This document shows positions 20,561 to 28,848 of a stretch of DNA of 42,910 nt, one piece after another (the stretch's first letter is position 1; the number at the start of each line of letters is the position of its first letter). A model generated the notes under the pieces. It was not told where the DNA came from. It searched no databases and saw nothing but the letters and a program-made list of their open reading frames with translations. This stretch comes from an uncultured Candidatus Binatia bacterium (GTDB lineage: Bacteria; Desulfobacterota; Binatia; HRBIN30). The stretch covers positions 1 to 42,910 of the forward strand of contig CAZGSN010000369.1 of assembly GCA_964528465.1 (NCBI GenBank). The letters are read 5' to 3'. Made by a program: the position numbers and the translations under genes.

Positions 20561-21352
20561 ATGTCGCCGGGGAAGATGGAGTTCTCGGATCGCATCCTGA
20601 CTTTCTCCGAGTACGCGGCTGTTCGCCATGGCACGCCGCACATCGTAGATGTTGCCAGTGGGAAGATGCGGCTGGTGCTGTTCGGCTCGTGGCACAGCTC
20701 GGATCCGAGCCATCCCATGTTCGATCAAATCGAAAGCGTCTGCTTGCGTCTGTCGCCGGCCTTCGCCTTGCACGAGGGAACGACGCCAAGCCTCGAGGCA
20801 GAGCGCGAAATATCCATTCGCCGCCACGGGGAGGCTGGGTTGGTCCTGCATCTCGCCAATCGCCTCGGCATCGAAGTCGCAAGCATGGACATTTCGCTGG
20901 AGGACGAGGCGCGGCATCTGCGCGAAGTTCTATCGCTGGGTGAGGCTCTCGTATTTCTCGTCGTGCGTCAGTTGGCCTCCTTCAATCGCAAGACGGCACG
21001 CATGGATTTTGATGGCTACTTCCACGACTTCTTCGAGCGCATTGCGGGTCCTCTCGGATTACCGGCAATCCATTGGCCTCTGGTCGAGCGCGAGCACCGG
21101 CGGGTTCTTGGTTACCCGCTGGCGTACAGGAGCATCACCGGAGTGCACACGGATCCGATGCGCTCGGAGCTGCTCACGCAACGCATCGCCAGACTGTCGA
21201 ACCGGCGCCGCGATGAGCACATGCTGCGGCAGTTACTCGCCGCCGGGAGTATCTACGGGCGCGTGTTTGCCACGGTTGGCGTCACCCACGCCGTCATGCT
21301 CGAACCGGCACTGCGAGCCGCGGCTGCAGCGATGTTCGATAGGCAGTGCTGA
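20561..21352 (+). CDS. Hypothetical protein, possible TraB/GumN/Tiki-superfamily member
   Basis: The ordered motifs LFGSWH, HEG, RRRDEHML and VGVTHAV resemble the GxxH / E / R-D-x-x-M / GxxH pattern of the Tiki/TraB superfamily. The gene call is reasonable but the function is a low-confidence guess. Confidence 0.4.
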   Translation: MSPGKMEFSDRILTFSEYAAVRHGTPHIVDVASGKMRLVLFGSWHSSDPSHPMFDQIESVCLRLSPAFALHEGTTPSLEAEREISIRRHGEAGLVLHLANRLGIEVASMDISLEDEARHLREVLSLGEALVFLVVRQLASFNRKTARMDFDGYFHDFFERIAGPLGLPAIHWPLVEREHRRVLGYPLAYRSITGVHTDPMRSELLTQRIARLSNRRRDEHMLRQLLAAGSIYGRVFATVGVTHAVMLEPALRAAAAAMFDRQC

Positions 21353-21389
21353 AGTGCTGGAGTGCTGCGGTTCGCGGAGTTGCGAGGCG

Positions 21390-21420
21390 CTGGCAGAGCG
21401 GCGGCGCGCCGCTCTGCCAG
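21390..21420. terminator. Near-perfect 14-bp-stem GC hairpin between convergent genes (bidirectional terminator candidate)
   Basis: CTGGCAGAGCGGCG, a short loop, then CGCCGCTCTGCCAG. It lies between the stop at 21352 (+) and the stop at 21444 (-). Confidence 0.4.
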
Positions 21421-21443
21421 TGCTAGCGCCTTACCGTAATGAC

Positions 21444-22544
21444 TCAGCGTTGCCGCCGGCGCTTGGCGGTGGTGGATTGTCGATGCTGGCGCGCGTAGTC
21501 GGTGGGAGACACTCCTGTCCAGCGCTTGAAAGCGCGCGAAAACGCGCTGAGGTCGGCGAAGCCGACGACAAAGGCGATCTCCGAAAGTGGCGAGCGGCCT
21601 TCCTCGACGTAGTTGCAGGCAAGGCGAAGGCGCGCATCATTGAGCAGTTCTTTGAAGGATGTCTGCTCCGCGGCCAGATGGCGCTGTAGGTTGCGTGGGC
21701 TCATGCCGAGAGTGCGCGCAATCCGCTGCTTGCTTGGGGCACCGTTGGGTAGGGCGTCGAGGACCGCTTGTTGGACACGCGGAGTCACGCCGCTCTTCTC
21801 AAGTCGTGCCAGATACCGAATCACGGCCTCATCATTCTGACGCGCTAGCTCAGCGTTGGCGGCAGGAAGTGGATGTTCGATATCGGCAAGGTGCAGCTCG
21901 ATGAAGTTGCGCGGCTGTGCGAACAACAGCGGTGCACGGAACGCTTGGCGATACGGTTCCAAGTCGTGCGGCTGCGGGCGTTGCAGGGATACCAGGATAG
22001 GACTGAAGGATCGGTCGCCACGCAGCAAGCGCGCCTGGCGCACGAGGATCACCGTCAAGGCATCGATAGCTTCTGGGGGAACGGCACCCGGGATGCTCGA
22101 CACATCGATGACGAAGCGTGCATGTCCGCCGTCTTCCTCGAGGCTGAGGCGAACGACATCTCCGATCATGCGGCGGTAACGGACGATACGTTCCATCGCT
22201 TCGCGCAGGGTACTGCTGGCCAAGGCGGCATACCCCAGGGCGTGGAAGCTGGTCGGCGCGGCGAAGCTGGCGGCGGTAAGGCCAAAGCTTTCGCTTCCGG
22301 TTGCCTGCACGGCGAGCTGCCAAAGTCGCGTCAGCGCCTCACGTGCGACCCGGGCTTCGGGGTTGTGCAGGATCTGCGGGTCGATACCGGCGTTTTCTGC
22401 CAGTGCCGTGCCGTCGATTCCGTTCGCCTCCAAGGCGCGGACGATCGTCCCGGCCCAGGTACCCATGGCAGAGTGAGCGGTGCGTGAGTTCTTCGGCAGC
22501 CGCATCTTGTCTAGCTCGGCAATCAGATTCGTCTCCTTGGGCAA
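21444..22544 (-). CDS. AraC-family transcriptional regulator with an N-terminal arabinose-binding-like sensor domain
   Basis: C-terminal double HTH (RIARTLGMSPRNLQRHL ... IAFVVGFADLSAFSRAFKRWTGVSPTDY). Divergent from the dioxygenase gene. The start could be 22505 instead. Confidence 0.85.
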   Translation of the reverse strand: MPKETNLIAELDKMRLPKNSRTAHSAMGTWAGTIVRALEANGIDGTALAENAGIDPQILHNPEARVAREALTRLWQLAVQATGSESFGLTAASFAAPTSFHALGYAALASSTLREAMERIVRYRRMIGDVVRLSLEEDGGHARFVIDVSSIPGAVPPEAIDALTVILVRQARLLRGDRSFSPILVSLQRPQPHDLEPYRQAFRAPLLFAQPRNFIELHLADIEHPLPAANAELARQNDEAVIRYLARLEKSGVTPRVQQAVLDALPNGAPSKQRIARTLGMSPRNLQRHLAAEQTSFKELLNDARLRLACNYVEEGRSPLSEIAFVVGFADLSAFSRAFKRWTGVSPTDYARQHRQSTTAKRRRQR

Positions 22545-22614
22545 AGCAGGTACAATCGACGCGTCCTATAGTCCGCGTCGTCGGCACTGCCAATCGATTT
22601 GATAGGAGAAGAAC

Positions 22615-23550
22615 ATGTCCAAACCGATCCTTAAGGTGAGCGATATCGCCTTCCCGCGTTTCCGCGCCCCCGATCTCGATCGTATGGAGGCCTTTCTTGT
22701 CGCCTTCGGCATGCACCGTGCGGCGCGTACGGAACAGGCCTTGTACATGCGTGGCCATTCCGCGGCGCATCACGTGCACGTAACCCATCAAGGGGAGCCG
22801 GGTTTCCTCGGGTTGGCCTTCTGGGCGGTCAGCGCCGGAGATCTGCAGACACTTGCCGCCGCTACCGGCAACAAGGTGGAAGATCTCGACGAACCAGGCG
22901 GCGGCTCGGTAGTGCGCCTGAACGATCCGGATGGGCGGCAGATCGATGTGGTGCACGGCATTGCCTCGCTGGAGTCGATCCCGGTGCAAGGCCATCCACC
23001 GTTGAACACGGGCCAGGCGCAGCCGCGCGTGGGAACCCTGCAGCGGGTTCCGAACGGGCCTTCGCAGGTCAAACGCTGCGGCCACGCGGCGCTGAAGACC
23101 ACGGACCTCAACGGCGTTGCCAACTGGTACCAAGAGACCCTCGGCATGTTGGTCTCGGATGATTTCTACATGGAGAGCCCAGACAAGCCGATGGGTCGCT
23201 TCCTGCGCTGCGATCGCGGCGATCAACCCGCCGATCATCACACCTTGCTGATCCTCGAGACTCCGGAAGTGAAGCTCGGCCATGTGTCGTGGGAGGTGGC
23301 GGATTTCGACGACTTGATGAGCGGCCGCGATCATCTGGAGCGTCAGGGCGATGGCCGTCCCTACTGGGGTGTAGGCCGCCACATCCTCGGCGGGCAGATC
23401 TTCGATTATTGGAAGGATCCGAACGGGTTCACATTGGAGCACTGGACCGACAGCGACTTGTTGCGCGCCGACACTCCAGCCGGTACGCACCACATCCTCA
23501 ACGCATTGAATCAGTGGGGCCCGATGCCGCCACCGGATCTCGATTTCTGA
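22615..23550 (+). CDS. Two-domain VOC-superfamily extradiol ring-cleavage dioxygenase
   Basis: 311 aa with duplicated glyoxalase-like modules. Candidate metal ligands are RCGHAAL, LGHVSWEV and TLEHW. AGGAG RBS present. Confidence 0.75.
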   Translation: MSKPILKVSDIAFPRFRAPDLDRMEAFLVAFGMHRAARTEQALYMRGHSAAHHVHVTHQGEPGFLGLAFWAVSAGDLQTLAAATGNKVEDLDEPGGGSVVRLNDPDGRQIDVVHGIASLESIPVQGHPPLNTGQAQPRVGTLQRVPNGPSQVKRCGHAALKTTDLNGVANWYQETLGMLVSDDFYMESPDKPMGRFLRCDRGDQPADHHTLLILETPEVKLGHVSWEVADFDDLMSGRDHLERQGDGRPYWGVGRHILGGQIFDYWKDPNGFTLEHWTDSDLLRADTPAGTHHILNALNQWGPMPPPDLDF

Positions 23551-23584
23551 AGAGGGGGGTCCGAGCGGAGGGAGAGGAGAATAA

Positions 23585-24364
23585 ATGGATCTGGGAATTC
23601 GCGGCCGACGAGCGATTGTGTGCGCGGCAAGCAAGGGTCTGGGGAAGGCCTGTGCCGAGGCACTTGCCAATGAAGGTGTCGCGATCACCATCAATGCACG
23701 CAACGCAGAGGTACTTGCCGCGACCGCCGCGGAGATTCGTGAGAGCACTGGCGTCGAGGTCAAAGAGGTGGTGGGCGACATCACCTTGGAAGCCACACGG
23801 CAGGCCTTGCTGGAGGCGTGTCCGGCGCCCGACATCCTCATCAACAACAACGGCGGGCCTTTGCCCGGGCGCTTTCAAGATTGGGATCATGACGCGTGGA
23901 TCGCCGCGTTGGAGGCCAACATGCTCGCGCCGATTCTCCTGCTACGGGGGGTCCTCGACGGCATGGTCGAGCGGCGCTTTGGGCGGATCGTCAACATCAC
24001 CTCGGCCATGGTGAAGGCACCGCTTGCGCCGATGGGATTATCGACCGGGGCAAGGGCTGGTCTTACCTCTTTGTGCAAGGCCATCTCCCGCGAGGTCGCA
24101 CCCTTCAACGTGACCATCAACAACATCTTACCGGAGCGCATCGATACCGAACGCCAACAATTCATGGCCCAGCTCACCGCAGCCTTCAACGGCTACAGCG
24201 TGGAGGAGGCGTACACGCGCATGCGCGATTCCATTGCCGCCAAGCGTTTGGGACGGCCCGAGGAAGTCGGTGCCGCGTGCGCGTTCCTGTGCAGCGCGCA
24301 GGCGGGCTTTCTCTCGGGTCAGAATCTGCAACTCGACGGTGGTACCTACCCCGGATTGTTTTGA
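23585..24364 (+). CDS. Short-chain dehydrogenase/reductase (SDR)
   Basis: AASKGLGKA cofactor motif variant, NNNGG, and a typical ~260-aa SDR length. Good RBS GGAGAGGAG. Confidence 0.88.
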   Translation: MDLGIRGRRAIVCAASKGLGKACAEALANEGVAITINARNAEVLAATAAEIRESTGVEVKEVVGDITLEATRQALLEACPAPDILINNNGGPLPGRFQDWDHDAWIAALEANMLAPILLLRGVLDGMVERRFGRIVNITSAMVKAPLAPMGLSTGARAGLTSLCKAISREVAPFNVTINNILPERIDTERQQFMAQLTAAFNGYSVEEAYTRMRDSIAAKRLGRPEEVGAACAFLCSAQAGFLSGQNLQLDGGTYPGLF

Positions 24365-24418
24365 ACCAATGCCAAAGCCGACCAGGCAACCCAGTCCTTC
24401 GCCGAGGTGCCCCGGACC

Positions 24419-24470
24419 CCTCGTTCCCAGGCTCTGCCTGGGAACGCAGTTCCCTGAGGCTCCGCCTCGC
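24419..24470. repeat. REP-like palindromic element (family 3), copy 1
   Basis: The core CGTTCCCAGG-CTCTG-CCTGGGAACG has a 10-bp perfect stem. A 29-nt block is identical to the reverse complement of 24749-24777, and about 20 further flanking nt are similar. Confidence 0.6.
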
Positions 24471-24721
24471 ATATTGTCAGATTGTGCCATTCGCAACATG
24501 GCTCAGAATGAGCGCACTAGCCGGCGCTACCCACGATGGCTGAAGCATGCTCCTCCCAGCCCCTACGACACGGCGATGAACACATCCTGCCCCGCCAGGA
24601 GCAACGAGCCTGGCAAGAACCCGCTGCCGCTTCTTGGAACCCACCCACTGACGCCACTCGAGTGCCCACAGCTATTCGAGCATGCCGGGCCACCTCAAAG
24701 TAGAGATGGCTTGGCGCTAGC

Positions 24722-24777
24722 CGCACAAGGCAGAGCCTCGAAGACCTGGCGTTCCCAGGCAGAGCCTGGGAACGAGG
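24722..24777. repeat. REP-like palindromic element (family 3), copy 2, inverted relative to copy 1
   Basis: The core is CGTTCCCAGG-CAGAG-CCTGGGAACG. The two copies bracket about 250 nt of non-coding sequence between the SDR and monooxygenase genes. Confidence 0.6.
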
Positions 24778-24882
24778 TAAGAACGGCAAAATTCGGAAAC
24801 TCCGCCCGGCGCACTGGCGAACCGGGCACTTCTAGGTCCGACGCTTAGCGCCGGATCTAGGCTTAACGAAAGGAACCACTAC

Positions 24883-26586
24883 ATGCCCCTATCTAACGTA
24901 GACACCCAAGTCTTGATCGTGGGCGGCGGTCCGACAGGGTTGACGGCCGGGCTGCTGCTGTCGCGTCTAGGGATCGACTACCACCTAGTGGAGAAGCGCA
25001 GCGGGCCGCAGCGGGCCCCGGCCGCACACGTGGTTAACGCTCGTAGCTTCGAGGTGTGGCGGCAAGCAGGGGTCGATACGGAAAAGGTTCTCGCACTCGC
25101 CAAAGATCCGCGTGATGCGGGGTGGGTGTACTGGGTAACGCGGCTCGGCGGCGACAGCCTCGGCCAGCTTCCCTTCGAGAGGCAAGGCGAAGAGGTGCTC
25201 GCCTTCACACCGACGCCGTTGCGCAACTTGTCGCAGCATCGTTTGGAGCCGCTGCTGTTGGAGGAGCTGTCGCGTATGGGGAAAGGCCCCTGCTACCAGC
25301 ACCGTTGGCAGGCGTCGCGACAAGATGCGGATGGCGTGACGACTACCGTGCACGCCACCGACAGCAACGAAACCTACGAGGTGCGCAGCCGTTTTGTCAT
25401 TGCCGCGGATGGAGCTGGAAGCCCGGTGCGCAAATCGCTCGGCATTGCGCCGGTGGGACCAGACCGTCTGCAGAGCTTTTTGATGATTCACTTCGAGGCC
25501 AACCTGCGTTCCGTGGTGGGTGAGAATCCAGGCGTTCTCTACTGGGTCACCGACCCCTCATGCAGTGGTGTCTTCATTGCCCACGACATCGATCATGAAT
25601 GGGTGTTCATGCACACCTTCGATGCAGACCGTGAATCCGTCGCCGACTACGACCCGGCGCGCTGCGAGGCCTTGGTGCGGCGCGCCATGGTGCGTCAGGA
25701 CATCCCGCTGACGATCCGCACGGTAGCCCCGTGGATGATGACGTCGCAGGTCGCCGAGCGTTATCGCGAAGGTCGCATTTTCCTGGCTGGAGATTCCGCA
25801 CACCGCTTTCCCCCCACGGGCGGTCTTGGTCTCAACACGGGAGTGCAGGATGTTCACAATCTCGCGTGGAAGATCGCCGCGGTCGAGCGTGGTTGGGGGG
25901 CGCCGCCGCTTCTCGATACCTATGAGGGCGAGCGCCGTCCCATCGCCCAGTACAACACTGAGCAGAGCCTCCAGAACGCCGCGCGTCTTTTCGAGGTGAC
26001 ACAAGCGATCGGAGTCTTCGCAGAGGGCGAGGAAGCCCAGCGACGATTCGCCGAGATGTTGGCCGACCCGCAGCGCCGTGGCGAAGTGGCATCCGCTGTT
26101 GCCAATCAAGCCGAGCACTTCGACATGCTGGGCTTGCAGCTTGGCTACGCCTACGAGGCAGGGGCGCTGGTGCCCGACGGCAGCGAGCGGCTGCTGCCGG
26201 CGAATCCGGTGCGCGAATTCGTACCCAGCAGCCGCCCCGGATCACGTCTCCCCCACGGCTGGGTCCAAGCCAACGGCAAACGCATATCGACGTTGGACCT
26301 GATTCCCGCCGACCGCATCACGCTCTTGCTCGGACCACAGGCAAGCGCTTGGCGCGCTGCGGCGGCGAATCTGGCTACACCACTGTGTATCAAGCAAGCC
26401 GGTGTCGAGTTTGCCGACCCTGACAATTGGTGGAGCACAACCGCGGGGTTGCGCAGCGGCGCCGCGCTATTGGTCCGCCCCGATCAACACGTGGCGCTCC
26501 GCGCACAACAACCGACCGGCGACCCTCAAACCGTGCTGCAAAGGGGAGTGCGCGCATGTTGCGGTGAGGAGAGAGCCGTTTACTGA
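24883..26586 (+). CDS. FAD-dependent aromatic-ring monooxygenase (PheA/TfdB-type phenol hydroxylase family)
   Basis: VLIVGGGPTGL (GxGxxG), VIAADGAGSPVR, and GDSAHRFPPTGGLGLNTGVQD. The 567-aa length includes a C-terminal thioredoxin-like extension. Confidence 0.9.
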   Translation: MPLSNVDTQVLIVGGGPTGLTAGLLLSRLGIDYHLVEKRSGPQRAPAAHVVNARSFEVWRQAGVDTEKVLALAKDPRDAGWVYWVTRLGGDSLGQLPFERQGEEVLAFTPTPLRNLSQHRLEPLLLEELSRMGKGPCYQHRWQASRQDADGVTTTVHATDSNETYEVRSRFVIAADGAGSPVRKSLGIAPVGPDRLQSFLMIHFEANLRSVVGENPGVLYWVTDPSCSGVFIAHDIDHEWVFMHTFDADRESVADYDPARCEALVRRAMVRQDIPLTIRTVAPWMMTSQVAERYREGRIFLAGDSAHRFPPTGGLGLNTGVQDVHNLAWKIAAVERGWGAPPLLDTYEGERRPIAQYNTEQSLQNAARLFEVTQAIGVFAEGEEAQRRFAEMLADPQRRGEVASAVANQAEHFDMLGLQLGYAYEAGALVPDGSERLLPANPVREFVPSSRPGSRLPHGWVQANGKRISTLDLIPADRITLLLGPQASAWRAAAANLATPLCIKQAGVEFADPDNWWSTTAGLRSGAALLVRPDQHVALRAQQPTGDPQTVLQRGVRACCGEERAVY

Positions 26587-26610
26587 GTCGTCGAGTAGGT
26601 ATGGACCACC

Positions 26611-26775
26611 CTTAGGGGAACCTCTGCGCGAGTAGCCCTGTAACCAGATCGGGGTCGGAATCGGACGCGACACAGGTGGGGAGATACCACGTGAGATGAG
26701 ATCGATACCGATTCCCACAGCGACCCCGAACCCGCAGGAAGGCGACTTGCACTGCCTTTTGCAGAGGTTCCTTGG
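26611..26775 (-). repeat. Copy C of repeat family 2 (reverse orientation) with an extra inverted GCAGAGGTTCC terminus
   Basis: The reverse complement of 26611-26722 aligns with copy A (..GGAATCGGTATCGATC..GTCCGATTCCGACCCCGATCTGGTTACAGGG..GCAGAGGTTCC). GGAACCTCTGC at 26617-26627 and GCAGAGGTTCC at 26761-26771 form 11-nt inverted termini. Confidence 0.55.
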
Positions 26776-26935
26776 GGCGTTGCCCTCTGGGAGGTAGCTA
26801 CGGACGGGAAGTGACGTGACCCGTCCTGAAGCCGCCGGAAACCGTTGTCGTCGTTCCGAATCCGAGCGAGGGAAAAGATTGACGAGATGGTCTGCTTCGG
26901 GTTCATTGCACAGCTCATCGAGCAATGGATCGCAA

Positions 26936-27859
26936 ATGACAAAGACGAGACGGCCTGCCTCGAAGAACAGCATCAGCAACGGCGATAGTGCGATCGCAAC
27001 GGCCTACAGCCTGACCGCAGAGATTTTGCCCGACCTTTGGAACAACTTCGCCAGCGCCGAAATCGAGTCTCTGCTTTCTTGCCTTGGAATCGAGCGGTCC
27101 GCGGGATCAGTCCAAGTAATCGATGTGGGCTGCGGCACGGGGCGCCATGGAATCGAGCTTGCCACCAGAGGGTTTCGCGTCCGGGCCTTTGATTTCGCTG
27201 AGGGTTGTGTCCGCCGTGCCCGGTGTGAAGCAGACGCTCGTAAGAGTCAGATCGAAGCTTCCGGTGGGTCCTTCGATATCGAGGTTGGTCTTGCCCAAGA
27301 TCCTAAACCTCAGGAAATGGCTGACCTGGTAATCTGCCTTTACGATGTCGTAGGTACCAATCCCCAGATGGCGGTGGCCCAGGCGATCTTGGATGGCCTT
27401 TTCCGTCTCTGCCGCCCCGGGGGATCGGTCGTCGTTGGGTGCCTCAACGGGTTGCAGGCACTCCAGCATATCGCAAGTCTCAGAATGGTATCTGGGAAAC
27501 CGGAAGCGGAGACGCTTCCGCCGATCAGCATCACCATGCGATGTAGAGAGGCATTCGAATTCCAGAAGCTTGCCTACGACCCGGAATCGGCAACACTGTA
27601 TCATCGCGAACGCATTGAGAACGAGGGCAAGGTTGCCCTCGACGCCGTGGTGGGAGAGAGGCGATACACCCCAGTAGAGATGCTCGAGATGCTCCGAGGG
27701 GTTGGATTTGTGGACACGAGTTTTTTTTCGGTGCGAGCCGGGAGGTGGGACTTCTCTTTGCCGTTCGACCCGATCGCTCCTGAGATTCTCTACTTGGCGA
27801 AGCGGCCTGAGGCACTTCTGATCATTCACCGCGATTCAAGAGCGCTAGTAGGCGACTAA
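26936..27859 (+). CDS. Class I SAM-dependent methyltransferase
   Basis: VIDVGCGTGRHGIELA (motif I) and a downstream acidic residue in RVRAFDFAEG. The ATG at 26936 is preferred, because the upstream track extension translates repeat copy C. Codons look more A/T-ending than in neighbouring genes (by eye). Confidence 0.78.
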   Translation: MTKTRRPASKNSISNGDSAIATAYSLTAEILPDLWNNFASAEIESLLSCLGIERSAGSVQVIDVGCGTGRHGIELATRGFRVRAFDFAEGCVRRARCEADARKSQIEASGGSFDIEVGLAQDPKPQEMADLVICLYDVVGTNPQMAVAQAILDGLFRLCRPGGSVVVGCLNGLQALQHIASLRMVSGKPEAETLPPISITMRCREAFEFQKLAYDPESATLYHRERIENEGKVALDAVVGERRYTPVEMLEMLRGVGFVDTSFFSVRAGRWDFSLPFDPIAPEILYLAKRPEALLIIHRDSRALVGD

Positions 27860-27889
27860 GATCTGCTCCACGTGAATCTGGAGGAATCG

Positions 27890-28606
27890 ATGCGGCGATG
27901 GCTTGGGGTTGTGATTTTGCTGGTACTTGCCGCTGGTTCGGCAACGGCACAATGCTGTGGTGACTGTGACGGTGTGAGCGGTGTGACGATCGACGAGTTG
28001 GTCGGTGCGGTGAACAACGCCCTTGCGGCTTGTGGTGCGGCGACGGCTACCAGTAGCCCGACCGCTTCGCACACTCCCACTCCCGAGAACACGCCGACGC
28101 CTACGCGGGTGCCGACACGCACGCCAACCTCCCCGCCCCGCTGTCGCTCTAGTTTTACGAGCAGCGGGACGAATCTTTGCACCTTTCGCGGTCGCTTCAA
28201 TTTGGGTTGCGGCAACAGCCTGTTCGGCGCCTTCAGCAGCGATGGGCGAACTTTGATCGTGCAGATCGACACCATGCTGGCGAGCCCGCCCCGCGTGCAC
28301 TTCAGCGCCCGAGTCGACAGCGCCACCAGCGCTACTCTGACGGCTTGGTCGAGTGATGATTTTCAAACCATGCGCCCGACGGCAGGGAGTATCCAGCTCG
28401 CCAACAACGGACAGCAACTCATCCTCTTTCCCAACAATCCGCCGTTCATGATCCAGAGCTGCAACTTCGTGCAGTACAACGGTGCTTTTGTCAGCGGCGC
28501 GGCCAGCTCTGCCAGAGGAGTTCTCCAATCAGAAAGAGAGAACACCGCGCGCTTCCAGCGCCTGCTCACCTGGCAGAGCCTACCACCACCCGAGCTAGCC
28601 GATTGA
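27890..28606 (+). CDS. Secreted protein: signal peptide, Cys-flanked dockerin/EF-hand-like motif, Pro/Thr linker, unknown Cys-containing C-terminal domain
   Basis: GGAGGA RBS, then MRRWLGVVILLVLAAGSATAQ (signal peptide), CCGDCDGVSGVTIDELVGAVNNALAAC, and TPTPENTPTPTRVPTRTPTSPP. About 150 aa follow with no motif I recognise. Confidence 0.65.
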   Translation: MRRWLGVVILLVLAAGSATAQCCGDCDGVSGVTIDELVGAVNNALAACGAATATSSPTASHTPTPENTPTPTRVPTRTPTSPPRCRSSFTSSGTNLCTFRGRFNLGCGNSLFGAFSSDGRTLIVQIDTMLASPPRVHFSARVDSATSATLTAWSSDDFQTMRPTAGSIQLANNGQQLILFPNNPPFMIQSCNFVQYNGAFVSGAASSARGVLQSERENTARFQRLLTWQSLPPPELAD

Positions 28607-28644
28607 ATTCCGCCTCGGGCGTAGCCGGCTAAGCCCGAGCGTCT

Positions 28645-28765
28645 TTGCGGAGTCGGGAGTCGCTATCGGAGTCGGTATTGATCCCATTGCACGCTGTGTC
28701 TCCCAACCTGTGCCGCGGCCGATTCCGATCCGTTTGCAAGCCTACTTGTGCAAAGGCTCGTAAGC
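28645..28765 (+). repeat. Copy B of repeat family 2
   Basis: GCTATCGGAGTCGGTATTGATCCCATTGCACGCTGTGTCTCCCAACC..CGCGGCCGATTCCGATCCGTTTGCAAG..TGTGCAAAGGCTCGTAAGC. Same orientation as copy A and inverted relative to copy C. Confidence 0.55.
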
Positions 28766-28794
28766 TGAGGCCGGGCTCAATGACGATCGTCAGT

Positions 28795-28841
28795 CTTTGT
28801 CCTGGACAAAGGTTGACACCGCATCGAGGCAGGCGTATAGG
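28795..28841 (+). promoter_or_regulatory. Palindromic operator plus sigma70-like promoter of the carH-like operon
   Basis: CTTTGTCC-T-GGACAAAG (28795-28811, perfect 8-1-8 palindrome) sits directly upstream of TTGACA (28813-18). A 17-nt spacer leads to TATAGG (28836-41). The ATG at 28849 is only 7 nt past the -10 box. Confidence 0.4.
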
Positions 28842-28848
28842 GGGCGGC

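Noticed and set aside
22339-23850. 503-aa minus-strand ORF
   Set aside because: It is antisense to the 5' end of the AraC regulator gene, the extradiol dioxygenase gene and the start of the SDR gene. Its composition is low-complexity and it has no motifs.
24234-24848. 204-aa plus-strand ORF spanning the SDR 3' end and the 520-nt gap
   Set aside because: Its translation is largely a read-through of the REP-like palindromes (..PRLCLGTQFPEAPPR.. and ..RSQAEPGNEV..). It has no RBS or domain and is treated as non-coding repeat sequence.
27107-28528. Minus-strand ORFs 27107-27829 (240 aa) and 27845-28528 (227 aa)
   Set aside because: They are antisense to the methyltransferase and the secreted-protein genes, which have a SAM-binding motif and a signal peptide plus RBS respectively.
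28645-28848. The 68-aa N-terminal extension of the CarH-like ORF, and similarly 26816-26935 for the methyltransferase and 9329-9493 for purA
   Set aside because: The CarH and methyltransferase extensions translate repeat copies B and C, and the purA extension translates the serA 3' end. Conserved protein N-termini and RBS or promoter signals support the internal starts.
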